64,000 nt of DNA. Source: Acidobacteriota bacterium. GTDB taxonomy: Bacteria; Acidobacteriota; UBA6911. The notes beneath the pieces are model-generated. The model was not told the origin of the DNA, searched no databases, and saw only the letters and a list, made by a program, of their open reading frames with translations. The number at the start of each line of letters is the position of its first letter. The first letter of the stretch is position 1. Below are positions 8,626 through 18,978 of this stretch, piece by piece. Where the stretch lies: contig OY761556.1 in assembly GCA_963664705.1 (NCBI GenBank), forward strand, positions 4,000,001 through 4,064,000, given 5' to 3'. The position numbers and the translations under genes are program-made.

Positions 8626-10185
8626 ATGACTACTGAAGGAGTGCCGCAGGTAAACCGCTGGATCGTCTCGCTATCCGTTGTATTTGCCACCTTCATGGAA
8701 GTTTTAGACACAACGGTCGTCAATGTATCGCTGCCTCATATTGCTGGTTCCATGTCCTCCACCGTGGAAGAAGGAACATGGACACTGACCTCATACCTGG
8801 TGGCCAACGCCATTATTCTGCCGATGACCGGGTGGCTGGCACAGCAATTCGGACGCAAGCGGCTGCTTATGATGGCCATCACCGGATTCACCATTGCTTC
8901 CTTTGTATGCGGCCTGGCTCCAAACCTTGCGACGCTCATTATCTTCCGCATCATTCAGGGGGCAGCCGGCGGAACCATGCAGCCGTTGTCCCAAGCCATC
9001 ATGCTGGAGGCCTTCCCTCCTGAAGAACGCGGCAAAGCGATGGCTGCGTGGGCAGTCTGCATTGTGACGGCACCCATACTTGGACCGGTGGTGGGCGGCT
9101 GGCTCACCGACACCTATAGCTGGCGCTGGGTTTTCTACATCAATATACCGGTAGGCGTTATCTCGTTGATAATGGCAAAGCTGTATGTTTTCGATCCGCC
9201 ATATCTTCGCAAGAAGGCCCAATCCATCGATTATTGGGGTATCGGACTGCTGGCGCTCGGAATGGCCGCACTTCAGATCATGCTCGATAAAGGACAGCAG
9301 GAAGACTGGTTTACCTCAGATTTCATCACGACGCTGGCGATTGTTACCGTGATAATGCTGGTTTCCTTTGTCATTTATGAAATCTACGCCAAAAATCCCA
9401 TCATCCATCTCAGAGTCTTCAAGGATCGTACCTATGCCATTGGCGTTTTGGTTATGACGACCGTGGGATTCGTGCTTTATGGCAGCCTGGTATTACTGCC
9501 GATCATCCTTCAGACCCTTCTCGGATACCCGGCCCTGGAATCGGGTATTGCCATGGCTCCAAGAGGAATAGGCTCTCTCTGTTGTACCCCCATTGTGGGA
9601 CTGGTGATTAATCGGGTGGGAGCGCGAAAAATCCTTGCCACAGGCATCGTTATTTGCGCGTTCACCTTGTTCTGGTTCGGATTTCTGAATCTGAATGCCG
9701 GATATTGGGACTTCTTCTGGCCTCAATTCATTCAGGGTCTCTCCATGAGCATGCTTTTTGTGCCGATGACAACCATTACGATGGACAGAATTCCCAAAGA
9801 GGAAATGGGAAATGCCACCAGCATTTTTAACCTCATGAGGAACATCGGTGGAAGCATTGGGATTGCATCGGCGGCTACACTGCTGGAACGTCATCGTCAA
9901 ATGTATACCAATACCCTGGGTACTCATGTGACGCCCTACGCACTCAAAACACAGGAGATGATGAACCAGATCCGCGGAGCGATGATAGCCGGCGGAGCCG
10001 ATGCGGTCACCGCAACCCAGAAGGCTAACGCGATGCTTTTTGGCATGGTTCAACGCCAGGCAACCATGCTTTCGTTCCTGGATCTGATGAAGATTTTCGG
10101 AGGACTTTTTGTACTGATTCTTCCCATCATTTACTTTGCACGACCGCCACAATCCAGAAGTGGCCCGGGCCCTGGCGCACACTAA
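8626..10185 (+). CDS. DHA2 (EmrB/QacA) family MFS efflux permease
   Basis: FMEVLDTTVVNVSLP, GRKR, RIIQG, GPVVGGWL..SWRWVFYINIPVG, LDKGQQEDWF; multiple TM helices. Start chosen at ATG 8626. Confidence 0.92.
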   Translation: MTTEGVPQVNRWIVSLSVVFATFMEVLDTTVVNVSLPHIAGSMSSTVEEGTWTLTSYLVANAIILPMTGWLAQQFGRKRLLMMAITGFTIASFVCGLAPNLATLIIFRIIQGAAGGTMQPLSQAIMLEAFPPEERGKAMAAWAVCIVTAPILGPVVGGWLTDTYSWRWVFYINIPVGVISLIMAKLYVFDPPYLRKKAQSIDYWGIGLLALGMAALQIMLDKGQQEDWFTSDFITTLAIVTVIMLVSFVIYEIYAKNPIIHLRVFKDRTYAIGVLVMTTVGFVLYGSLVLLPIILQTLLGYPALESGIAMAPRGIGSLCCTPIVGLVINRVGARKILATGIVICAFTLFWFGFLNLNAGYWDFFWPQFIQGLSMSMLFVPMTTITMDRIPKEEMGNATSIFNLMRNIGGSIGIASAATLLERHRQMYTNTLGTHVTPYALKTQEMMNQIRGAMIAGGADAVTATQKANAMLFGMVQRQATMLSFLDLMKIFGGLFVLILPIIYFARPPQSRSGPGPGAH

Positions 10186-10239
10186 GGGCCTGTCCGGGAA
10201 TTAGGATTGCGCTTAGGCAGGCAAATCAAACCGGGAGCT

Positions 10240-11025
10240 TTACAATTCAATCTGCCCCGTCAGGAATGGGCGAGCCTGACCCGATATCCGCACACGATTC
10301 CCCTCCAGACGGCAGAGCAGCGATCCACGCCTCTTTGAAAGCTGCATCGCCTTGAGTTCATTCTTTCCCAGGCGTCCTGCCCAATAGGGGGTCAGGGTCG
10401 TATGGGCGGAGCCGGTGACGGGATCTTCCGGAATTCCGCTCTGCGGCGCAAAAAATCGCGAGACAAAATCTATGTCGCGGTAGCCCGGAGCAGTCACAAT
10501 TACGCCTCTGGCTTCGACAACGGCAACGCGCAGCATATCCGGTTTCATGGTTTCAACCTGCGCCGACGTTGAGTACACCAGCATATAGTCGGTTCTGCCC
10601 TTGTATATTTCGAGCGGAGCCAATCCGAGCGCCTCTATCAGGCCCGCCGGGGCATCGCTTTTTTCAAATTGATCGACCGGAAAATCCAAAGTCAGAAAAT
10701 CGTCTTCTTTGAGGACACGCAATATTCCGCTTCGGGAATCAAGCTCGATACAGCGGCCGGGAAATTGTTCAATGTTAAATATGACATAGGCCGTTGCCAG
10801 CGTTGCATGCCCGCATAAATCCACCTCCGTTTCCGGTGTAAACCAGCGGATAGCGAACCGCTCCGCGGACTTGACGTAAAAAGCCGTCTCCGCCAGGTTA
10901 TTTTCCATGGCTATCTGCTGCATCAGGGCATCTGGAAGCCACTCATCAAGAGGACAAACAGCCGCGGGATTCCCTCCAAAAACTCTATCCGTAAACGCAT
11001 CCACCTGATACATCCTCAATCTCAC
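10240..11025 (-). CDS. PhzF family isomerase/epimerase
   Basis: YQVDAFT..GGNPAAV, ETAF, RWFTPETEVDLCGHATLA, EDPVTGSAH. GTG 11025 with GGAGG RBS. Confidence 0.93.
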   Translation of the reverse strand: MRLRMYQVDAFTDRVFGGNPAAVCPLDEWLPDALMQQIAMENNLAETAFYVKSAERFAIRWFTPETEVDLCGHATLATAYVIFNIEQFPGRCIELDSRSGILRVLKEDDFLTLDFPVDQFEKSDAPAGLIEALGLAPLEIYKGRTDYMLVYSTSAQVETMKPDMLRVAVVEARGVIVTAPGYRDIDFVSRFFAPQSGIPEDPVTGSAHTTLTPYWAGRLGKNELKAMQLSKRRGSLLCRLEGNRVRISGQARPFLTGQIEL

Positions 11026-11223
11026 ATTCCCTCCCAAAGCCTGGGCCCGACCCAGCAAAATCTTTCTGAATCAACAACATACCACCAAAATATTCACAAA
11101 AACATGTCCTAGCCGCATTTTGGAGCCTTGTTTTCGGCAAACAAGCCTGACATTTTTCGATTCACTCCCGGGCAAGGGCAATTACCCTGGCTGAGTTTGG
11201 ATCGGTCCGACCCCGATATTATA

Positions 11224-12018
11224 ATGACTAAGATGAGATGGGACCGACTGCTGATGACCGCGGGCTTTCTCGCGCTCTTGTATTACGGGGGCAATGTACT
11301 CTACACCTGCTCTTACCAGTCATTTGAACAGTACTCCTTTGACCAGCAGCTCAAGGGACGAACGCCTTCGATTCCCGGATTTGCCTCGCGTTTGCTAGGC
11401 CTGGGAAATGCTCCGGCGGTTCGAATGCCTTCCGAATCCGCCGAAGGAGAAAACATCCTTCAGGGCGCAGTCCTGGCCCCCATGGCAGCGCCTGTGGATA
11501 AAGGTTGGACAGAGGAGCGCCTTCGAGCCTTTAAGGCAGCGACACCGCCATTGCCCCAATCGGTCCTGGGTCGGCTCGAGATACCCTCGCTGGATCTATC
11601 TGTCATGCTGCTGCAGGGAACCGATGACCGGACGCTGAATCGAGCCGTTGGTCATATAGAAGGAACGGCATTTCCAGGCCAGTCCGGAAACATTGGCATC
11701 GCGGGACACCGGGACGGGTTCTTCCGTCCACTGAAAGACATCTCTCAAAACGCAATAATTACACTGACAACACTAAAGGGACGTTTTTTCTATCGCGTTA
11801 AGGCTATCAATATTGTCACCCCCACCGATGTTCGACTGCTGGCCCCAACAGCCCGCCCTTCCGTTACCCTGGTTACCTGCTATCCATTTCACTTTGTCGG
11901 GGACGCGCCGAAGCGGTATGTGGTCACCGCGGAAATATTCAAAATACAAGGGGCGACCGCGATAGCCGCGGAATATAACGAGACCCGCCTGCCATCCCCT
12001 AAAATGCATCTCCCCTGA
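11224..12018 (+). CDS. Class D sortase
   Basis: N-terminal TM; LGRLEIPSL, AVGHIEGTAFPG..GNIGIAGHRD (catalytic His), TLVTCYPF (Cys), KRYVV (Arg). Confidence 0.9.
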   Translation: MTKMRWDRLLMTAGFLALLYYGGNVLYTCSYQSFEQYSFDQQLKGRTPSIPGFASRLLGLGNAPAVRMPSESAEGENILQGAVLAPMAAPVDKGWTEERLRAFKAATPPLPQSVLGRLEIPSLDLSVMLLQGTDDRTLNRAVGHIEGTAFPGQSGNIGIAGHRDGFFRPLKDISQNAIITLTTLKGRFFYRVKAINIVTPTDVRLLAPTARPSVTLVTCYPFHFVGDAPKRYVVTAEIFKIQGATAIAAEYNETRLPSPKMHLP

Positions 12019-12116
12019 ACACTGCTCGACGCAAGGGAATCCAATCAGTCAGGAGGTGTGACGCCGACCGGCTCAATGGCTCGGCATGGATTGTTTTTTC
12101 ATCTATGGGAGTTTGT

Positions 12117-12683
12117 ATGCAAAGAGTGCTATTCGGTTTTCTCTTCCTTTTGGCGATTCCTTTGGTGGCGGCGGCTCAGACGGAGTATCCGCCGGTCGAG
12201 GTTTTTGGTGGTTATTCCTACCTGCGCGCGAACCCGGAAGGTTTTAACCTCAACGGATGGAACGCCTCGGTTACCGGCAATATCACGGACTGGTTCGGCA
12301 TTGAGGGGGATATTAGCGGCCATTACGGGCATTTCAAAGATGCATTCGGCAGCATTCCCAACATCAAAATCGACCATCACACATTCATGGTCGGCCCCAA
12401 GCTTTCCTATAGAGCGGGCTCTATCACTCCGTTTGCGCATTTTCTCATCGGAACGGCACGGGCCAGCTCTCGCGAAGTTGGATTTGGATCCACTTCCGAC
12501 TGGGCACTGGCAACAGTTATTGGAGCCGGTGTAGATATTGATATTTCAAAATCCGTTGCAGTACGTGTTGCCCAGGCAGACTGGCTGATGACTCGTTTTG
12601 ATACCGGCAACTATTACCGGGATGACCGCCAGAATAATTTCCGGTTTTCGGCAGGAATTGTTTTGAAACTGGGATCGCGGTAA
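12117..12683 (+). CDS. Small outer-membrane beta-barrel protein (OmpA/PagP-like 8-stranded)
   Basis: Signal peptide (AAA-Q), EVFGGYSY, alternating beta-strands, C-terminal NNFRFSAGIVLK; GGGAG RBS before ATG 12117. Confidence 0.8.
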   Translation: MQRVLFGFLFLLAIPLVAAAQTEYPPVEVFGGYSYLRANPEGFNLNGWNASVTGNITDWFGIEGDISGHYGHFKDAFGSIPNIKIDHHTFMVGPKLSYRAGSITPFAHFLIGTARASSREVGFGSTSDWALATVIGAGVDIDISKSVAVRVAQADWLMTRFDTGNYYRDDRQNNFRFSAGIVLKLGSR

Positions 12684-12691
12684 CTCAACAC

Positions 12692-12731
12692 TGTGGAATT
12701 GGCGGCGCAGTCTTGCGCCGCCAATTCCACA
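12692..12731. terminator. Perfect 18-bp inverted repeat between convergent genes
   Basis: TGTGGAATTGGCGGCGCA-gtct-TGCGCCGCCAATTCCACA between the OMP and tesA-like stops; no long U-tract. Confidence 0.7.
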
Positions 12732-12734
12732 TCC

Positions 12735-13412
12735 CTATAACAGCGGCTTCAAAATCCTCCACACATTTTCCACGACAATGTCATAGCCTTCCGGAGTCGG
12801 GTGAATTCCATCTTCCTGGTTAAGCTCAACATGCCCCCCCACACCTTCCAGGAAAAATGGGATGAGTGGGACCTTCCGTTTCTGCGCTACCATCGGAAAG
12901 ATTCCGCGAAAAGCCCCCGCAAACTGCGGTCCATAATTGGGAGGGACCTGCATCCCGGCCAGCACAACTTTTGCGCCCGTCGACTGCAGATTATCGACGA
13001 TATCCATGAGATTCTGGCTGGTTGCAGCCACGGGCATTCCGCGCAAGCCGTCATTGGCTCCGAACTCGACAATGACAATGGCCGGATGAAGCGCCACGAC
13101 CGACTGGATGCGGGCAAGGCCTTGAGAGGAGGTTTCACCGCTCACCCCCGCATTAATAACCCGGTATCGATACCCGGCCGCGTCAATTTTGGTCTGAAGC
13201 TTTGCCGGATAGTTGTCTTCGGAAGGCACGCCTGCCCCTGCCGTGAGACTGTCACCGAAGGCAACTATAGCCGGGCGCGTGTCCGTTTCCGGAAGCGCCG
13301 TCGGCGCAGGCATTGCGCCCGCTTCCTTCTTCCCGTCATTCCTGGACCCGCAGCTGCAGCAGGCGAACAACAACAAGGCAATGGAAATATTCCGGATCAC
13401 TTCAGGCTCCAT
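12735..13412 (-). CDS. tesA: SGNH/GDSL arylesterase (TesA-like), probable lipoprotein
   Basis: FGDSLTAG, NAGVSGETS, EFGANDGLRG, DGIHP; lipobox-like LFACCSC; divergent from ybbAP-like genes as in E. coli. Confidence 0.88.
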   Translation of the reverse strand: MEPEVIRNISIALLLFACCSCGSRNDGKKEAGAMPAPTALPETDTRPAIVAFGDSLTAGAGVPSEDNYPAKLQTKIDAAGYRYRVINAGVSGETSSQGLARIQSVVALHPAIVIVEFGANDGLRGMPVAATSQNLMDIVDNLQSTGAKVVLAGMQVPPNYGPQFAGAFRGIFPMVAQKRKVPLIPFFLEGVGGHVELNQEDGIHPTPEGYDIVVENVWRILKPLL

Positions 13413-13496
13413 ATCCGTCCACTAAATTCGGGCTTCGTGCCTCTAACTTCTAGTATAGACTAACAGGATTGCATGTTCTTGCTGGGAGAACCAGGA

Positions 13497-14195
13497 ATGA
13501 TTGAAATAAGAAATCTCACCAAAACCTTCACTTCGGGTTCCTATACGCTGGAAATCCTGAAGGGCATCGACCTTACGATCGCAAAAGGAGAAGTTCTTGC
13601 CATTGAAGGTCCTTCCGGCAGTGGAAAAAGCACTCTTCTCGGCCTGTTGGCCGGATTCGATTCTCCCACGACCGGATCCATTCGAATTGACGGAGAAGAG
13701 ATTACCAGCCTGAGCGAAGACCAGCTTGCCCTTTTACGAGGCAGAAAGCTGGGCTTTGTCTTCCAGTCCTATAATCTTATCCCGACTCTTACCGCAGAGG
13801 AAAACATCCTCCTTCCAATGGAGCTGCGCGGCAATATTGCGAACATGCAAACCCGGGCAGGGGACCTGCTCGCCGCCGTCGGACTCGAATCCCGCGCCTC
13901 CCACTATCCGGCGCAGTTGTCCGGAGGGGAGCAGCAGCGTATAGCGCTGGCAAGAGCATTCGCCTGCAGCCCTTCCCTGCTGCTCGCCGATGAGCCAACT
14001 GGAAACCTGGACAGTGCGACCGGAAGCCTCGTCCTGGAAATGCTGCTGCAGCTCAATCGCCGCAGCGGAGCCACGCTGGTTATCGTCACGCATGATCGTA
14101 CTCTCAGCGAACTCACGGACCGGATTGTCTTTCTCCGCGACGGCAGGATAATCGATGAACAGGTTCCACCACACGCGTCGCGGAGGCCATCATGA
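13497..14195 (+). CDS. ybbA: ABC transporter ATP-binding protein (YbbA/LolD family)
   Basis: GPSGSGKST, LSGGEQQR, LLADEPTGNLD, VTHD. Confidence 0.9.
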   Translation: MIEIRNLTKTFTSGSYTLEILKGIDLTIAKGEVLAIEGPSGSGKSTLLGLLAGFDSPTTGSIRIDGEEITSLSEDQLALLRGRKLGFVFQSYNLIPTLTAEENILLPMELRGNIANMQTRAGDLLAAVGLESRASHYPAQLSGGEQQRIALARAFACSPSLLLADEPTGNLDSATGSLVLEMLLQLNRRSGATLVIVTHDRTLSELTDRIVFLRDGRIIDEQVPPHASRRPS

Positions 14196-16720
14196 AATTT
14201 GAAATCCGGATGGCCTGGCGCGAAACCCGTCCAGCCTGGAAGCGCTTTTTGTTTGTTATCGCCGCGATAGCTCTGGGAGTTGCCGTATTGACAGGGCTCA
14301 AAGGCTTCAGCAAAGGACTGAACCGGTCCATTTACGAATCAGCCCGGGAACTGATTGCGGCCGATATGGTCGTCCGATTGAATTCCCTCCCCCGGCAAAA
14401 TGATATTCAGATTCTGGAATCGCTGGCGCGGCAAGGCGCCCGGCTGACTCGCATTACGGAAACTCTTTCCATGGTTTCACCCGTGAAAACGGCTGCTCCC
14501 GTTTTGTCGGACCTCAGAGCTGTGGATCCAAATTCCTATCCATTTTACGGAACAGTCGAACTGGAACCGCAGGCTCCTTTAAAACAGGCCCTGACCGATA
14601 GCAGCGCGCTTGTCAGCCAGGACCTGCTCGTACGCTGCGGCATCGCGGTTGGAGATGAAATCCAGGTAGGCTCGATACGCCTGCGCATTGCAGCCATTCT
14701 CAAATCGGAACCTGACAGAATCGGCGTGGGAATCGACCTCGGCCCGCGCATCCTGATCACTCGTACGGCGCTGGAGCGCAGCGGGCTCATCCAGTTTGGC
14801 AGTCGCGCTTCCGAGTCTTTTCTGTACCGCCTCCCCGCAAAAGGACTCCAGTTGGAGGAAGCGAAGAAGATTATTGCTTCCGGCATCAAACGACGTGTTC
14901 GCATTACGGATTATCGGGACCCGAATCCTTCGGTTACACGCGGCCTGGAGCGGGCAGCGAATTTCCTCAGCCTGATCGGTCTGCTATCACTGCTGGTAGG
15001 CGGACTTGGGGTTTATACAACCATTCGCACCTACCTGGACCAGAAACTTGACAGCATCGCCGTTATCAAGTGCATCGGCGGTCGGTCGAGCCAGATCATT
15101 CGGATCTACCTGCTGCAGGGACTGGCGCTAGGAGTCCTGGGAAGCGCGATCGGTACCGGGCTGGGCTATTTCGTGCAGCTGCTCCTTCCCAAACTGCTCA
15201 ATGGCCTCATTGATTTGCCGGCAAATCTGGAACTCGCACCCGGCGCGGCCTTCCAGGGCTTTGCCATTGGCGTCTTTACAACGCTGCTATTCCTGCTGCC
15301 ACCGCTGCTTGCAATTAGGAGAGTCCGTCCGATGAGGGTTTTCCTGCGTGAAATGCCCGCGGCCAGATGGGAGTTTTTGAAGAGAATGAAGGAAGATCCA
15401 TTGCCGGCCTTATCCGGAATAATCCTGGTGGGCGGCATCGGATTGGCAGCCAGTTGGCTCGCGGAATCCCTGCGCTGGGGCTTTGCTTTTCTTGCCGCAC
15501 TGGCCGGCTGCATTCTCGTCCTTGCGGCAACAGCCAGGACTCTTCTGGCACTGCTAAAAAGAGTCCCGCGCCTCCCATCCATTGCACTGCGCCACGGCAT
15601 AAAAAACCTGAACCGGCCCGGAACTCATTCTACAAGCATCATGGCCACCCTGGGACTGGGAGTGGCTTTCATCCTCACCATCTATTTTATACAAACTTCG
15701 CTGATATCTCAGATACTGAAGGGCGCCCCAGGCGACTTCCCCAATGTCATTTTGCTCGGAGTGACGGAGAGGGACCGGCAGCCTGTTTCGGAATACCTGC
15801 ATCAACAAAAAGACATCGAATCCGTGACATTGTTTCCCTCTATTTCATCGCGATTGCTCCGTATCAATGGCCATCCGCCGGAGCAGACTGAGGAAAACCA
15901 GGAAGAACGTCGATACCACCAGATAGAATTCACGCTTACCTGGAGTGAGTCCATCCCGGCAGATACCAGGGTTATCGAGGGACAATGGTGGCACCCGCCC
16001 TACAATACGCCTTTGATTTCAGTGGGAGAAAATGCCGTAAGACATCTGAAAATCCGCACCGGCGATATTCTTCAATTCGACGTCGCAGGATCCATCGTGC
16101 AGGGCAAGGTCGCGAACATCCGGGAGACCGAATTTTCACGGCCGGGAACAGGCAATCAATTCATCTTCTCCCCGGGATGTCTTAACGGCCTGCCTACCAC
16201 CTATATTGGCGGCCTGCGATTGCCGGCAAACCGCGTGGCCGAATTTCAGGGTTCCTTTTTCCGCCAGTTTCCCACCGTGACCTCCATCGATGTCGGACAG
16301 GTTTTGATACGTGTCCAGGATCTCTTAAATAAAGTATCGCTCGTCATTCGCTTTGTTGCCCTGTTCGCTATCGCATCCGGCATCATCATTCTGGCAGCCG
16401 GCGTGGTTTCAACCCGGCACCAGAGAATACGTGAGGTTGTTCTGCTGAAGACGCTTGGCGCAACGAGCCACCAGGTTGTACGAATACAGTCTGCCGAATT
16501 CCTGATCCTGGGTTCGGCAGCGGGTTTTGTCGGAGGCATTCTTGCAGGGATCGCCGCCCACTATCTTCTGGGCAGGCTATTGAAAACAGATTTCTCTTTC
16601 CAATGGATCCCATTTTTCGGAGCAATTGTTGCCACTGCAGGCCTTGCCATCGTAACCGGATGGATTGCGAGCCGCGGAGTGCTCCATCACAAACCGCTCG
16701 AGACTCTCAGGGAGAATTAA
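14192..16720 (+). CDS. ybbP: ABC transporter permease (YbbP / duplicated MacB-FtsX type)
   Basis: MAWRE start, two periplasmic+FtsX repeats (IAVIKCIGG; VVLLKTLGAT); ATGA overlap with the ATPase. Confidence 0.88.
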   Translation: MKFEIRMAWRETRPAWKRFLFVIAAIALGVAVLTGLKGFSKGLNRSIYESARELIAADMVVRLNSLPRQNDIQILESLARQGARLTRITETLSMVSPVKTAAPVLSDLRAVDPNSYPFYGTVELEPQAPLKQALTDSSALVSQDLLVRCGIAVGDEIQVGSIRLRIAAILKSEPDRIGVGIDLGPRILITRTALERSGLIQFGSRASESFLYRLPAKGLQLEEAKKIIASGIKRRVRITDYRDPNPSVTRGLERAANFLSLIGLLSLLVGGLGVYTTIRTYLDQKLDSIAVIKCIGGRSSQIIRIYLLQGLALGVLGSAIGTGLGYFVQLLLPKLLNGLIDLPANLELAPGAAFQGFAIGVFTTLLFLLPPLLAIRRVRPMRVFLREMPAARWEFLKRMKEDPLPALSGIILVGGIGLAASWLAESLRWGFAFLAALAGCILVLAATARTLLALLKRVPRLPSIALRHGIKNLNRPGTHSTSIMATLGLGVAFILTIYFIQTSLISQILKGAPGDFPNVILLGVTERDRQPVSEYLHQQKDIESVTLFPSISSRLLRINGHPPEQTEENQEERRYHQIEFTLTWSESIPADTRVIEGQWWHPPYNTPLISVGENAVRHLKIRTGDILQFDVAGSIVQGKVANIRETEFSRPGTGNQFIFSPGCLNGLPTTYIGGLRLPANRVAEFQGSFFRQFPTVTSIDVGQVLIRVQDLLNKVSLVIRFVALFAIASGIIILAAGVVSTRHQRIREVVLLKTLGATSHQVVRIQSAEFLILGSAAGFVGGILAGIAAHYLLGRLLKTDFSFQWIPFFGAIVATAGLAIVTGWIASRGVLHHKPLETLREN

Positions 16721-17014
16721 CCGCCCGCCGATTTCACCCATCCACTCCTCCCCGGCATTCTTAGTAATTCCCTCGTTTAGGTGACCATCGTCACTGTCTG
16801 GATTCGGCATTCCGATACGATATTCGATAACTGGACCAGTGGGATTCGGGACAGGGACCGGGAACAGATAGCGGGAAGGGGCAGCGCTCCACAGCCTCTC
16901 CACATTATTTCTCTAATCCTGATGTCCGCCCCCGGCGATATGGAACGAGGGGTTATATTCCCAAAATACAGGCAGCCGGAAAAATCGGCCCAGAAATCCG
17001 CATAGGTGGATTAT

Positions 17015-17554
17015 ATGCATAGATACAAAGTGTTAAAAAACAGCCAAGGCTTTTCCGTCACTGAGCTTCTCATCATTGTTGGCATGCTTGGGATAATGGC
17101 CAGTTTGTCGATTCCCATGCTTACGTCGAGCATGAAGGACCTGCAGCTGCTTTCTGATGCCCGCAGCATCGCCTCAAGTCTGTCTTATGCCAAACTCAGT
17201 GCCGCCTCCCAGATGACACGCTATCGATTTTCCGCCGATCTGGATTCAAATCAGTGGAGTATAGAAAAACGGAACCCGTCCAGTGGTACTTTTGAGATCC
17301 AGGGGCCCTCGAATGCTCTTGGCAACGGTGTTGCCGACAGCCATATCGAATTCAAGGCAACCTCAAGCCCTGCCCCAACCGGGTTTCCCACTACTTCGGC
17401 AACCACTGTTACGTTTAACTCTCGCGGCATTCCGACAGAGGGAGCCCGCGCGATCTACCTATCCAACCTGGATGCCAATTACGCTGTAACCGTATCCCTT
17501 TCCGGGAAAGTGCAATTGATGCGCTACAAGAACAGCGCATGGACTAATCAATAG
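17015..17554 (+). CDS. Minor type IV pilin, FimT/FimU/GspH-like
   Basis: Class III signal peptide KNSQG|FSVTELLIIVGML; TVTFNSRG and VTVSLSGKV FimT-like features. Confidence 0.8.
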   Translation: MHRYKVLKNSQGFSVTELLIIVGMLGIMASLSIPMLTSSMKDLQLLSDARSIASSLSYAKLSAASQMTRYRFSADLDSNQWSIEKRNPSSGTFEIQGPSNALGNGVADSHIEFKATSSPAPTGFPTTSATTVTFNSRGIPTEGARAIYLSNLDANYAVTVSLSGKVQLMRYKNSAWTNQ

Positions 17555-17571
17555 GTCGCGGGGCACAGCCT

Positions 17572-18060
17572 ATGAAAAAAGCAATAAAGGAAGAGGCAGG
17601 AATATCGTTAGTGGAATCCTTGATCGCCATGGTGATCCTGTTGTTTGGACTCCTTGCAATGGCGCAGGTACTGGCCTTCTGTGTGGTGGGGAGCAAAACC
17701 TTTGGCAGGGATTCGGGAAAAACGACCGCTTCGGCACATGACAAAATGGAAGAACTATCCGGGCTTTCGTTTACAGATACAACAACGAACGTAACGGTAG
17801 CGCCACCCTATCCGGCAACTGGAACGGGATTGACTCAGGGAGGTAGCGTTTATCCTTCCTCTGTGGTTACCGGTTACGCCGATTATCTGAACGGCTCCGG
17901 AGCCAGAACAACAGCCTCTGGGGCCCTGTACAGGCGCCAGTGGCAAGTGATCAATAGTTCGGCTACCAGCAAAACCATTATCGTCTCGGTTACCAGCACC
18001 AAGAGTTTCAAAAATGGTACCGCCCCTACAACAGTGCTGGTAACACAGAAAACGCAATAG
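17572..18060 (+). CDS. Minor type IV pilin, PilV-like
   Basis: EEAG|ISLVESLIAMVILLFGLLAM; AHDKMEEL. Confidence 0.8.
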   Translation: MKKAIKEEAGISLVESLIAMVILLFGLLAMAQVLAFCVVGSKTFGRDSGKTTASAHDKMEELSGLSFTDTTTNVTVAPPYPATGTGLTQGGSVYPSSVVTGYADYLNGSGARTTASGALYRRQWQVINSSATSKTIIVSVTSTKSFKNGTAPTTVLVTQKTQ

Positions 18061-18078
18061 GAAATCAAGGGGGAGGGA

Positions 18079-18978
18079 ATGAAACACCAGGCAGGTTCAA
18101 GAGAGGAATGCGGCTTCTCCGTAATGGAAATGCTCGTTTCAATATGCGTTCTCATCCCGGTCATGGGAGCCGCCGTAGGATTATTTTCACTGGGAGCCAA
18201 ACAGCATTCCACGGAACAGAGCAGCATCGATTCCAACCAGGAAATTCGAGCCGCCTTTGAAATGATGACAACGGAAATTGCGCAGGCAGGGTCTCATGGT
18301 GATCGAAGTACCACACTGTCTGCTGCCGTAAGCAGTTCCTCGAGCGCCCAGGCAGTTTCAGTGGGCGACGTCACAGGATTTGGGGTCGGAGACTATGTCG
18401 ATGTCGATACCGGCACCAATCACGAGCTCGTGGCACTGACGGCGGTGGGCACCGCTACCATCACCGGCGTTTTCCGCACGGCACACGCAGCCAATGTACC
18501 GGTTCGGCTATTTGCCGTCCCCTTCAGCACCGGAGTTTATTCCGCCGGTCTTGGCCCCAGCTCAACCCAAACGGGGACATCGCTTCGCTTCTTCGGAGAT
18601 ATCAACGGAGATGGAACCGTGCAGTACGTGGAATACATCTACAATTCGGGGACAAACCAGATAACCCGCTCGATTACCCCCGTAACGCAGGCCACGCGAA
18701 ATCCAGCCGTGGTTCTCGTCGGCAATGTTAAACCAAATTCCGTTCAGTTCTCCATCACGACGGACAGCCGTAGCATTGTGACTGCCGCCACGATAGCCAT
18801 GACTGCGCGCAGCACCGTAAAAAGCGGCAACAGCTTCCAGGATGTCGAACTGGGTTCCAGAATATCGATCCCAAGTGCCATGGCAGCCTCTGCACTTTTA
18901 TATGAGAACCAGCACTATGGCGGCTTCAACCACATTCCCCCGACTCCTGCCAAAGTCTCTCAATGGGTAACCTCATGA
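18079..18978 (+). CDS. Minor type IV pilin, PilW-like
   Basis: EECG|FSVMEMLVSI; QEIRAAFEMMTTEIAQAG; GDINGDG. Confidence 0.8.
   Translation: MKHQAGSREECGFSVMEMLVSICVLIPVMGAAVGLFSLGAKQHSTEQSSIDSNQEIRAAFEMMTTEIAQAGSHGDRSTTLSAAVSSSSSAQAVSVGDVTGFGVGDYVDVDTGTNHELVALTAVGTATITGVFRTAHAANVPVRLFAVPFSTGVYSAGLGPSSTQTGTSLRFFGDINGDGTVQYVEYIYNSGTNQITRSITPVTQATRNPAVVLVGNVKPNSVQFSITTDSRSIVTAATIAMTARSTVKSGNSFQDVELGSRISIPSAMAASALLYENQHYGGFNHIPPTPAKVSQWVTS

Noticed and set aside
13285-13300. LPETD in the TesA-like protein as a sortase signal
   Set aside because: It is N-terminal, not followed by a TM segment and basic tail, and lacks the Gly/Ala of the motif.
16721-17014. Possible riboswitch, ncRNA or sigma54 promoter upstream of the pilin cluster
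   Set aside because: No recognisable c-di-GMP riboswitch consensus or correctly spaced -24/-12 motif by eye; an Infernal/Rfam search would be needed.
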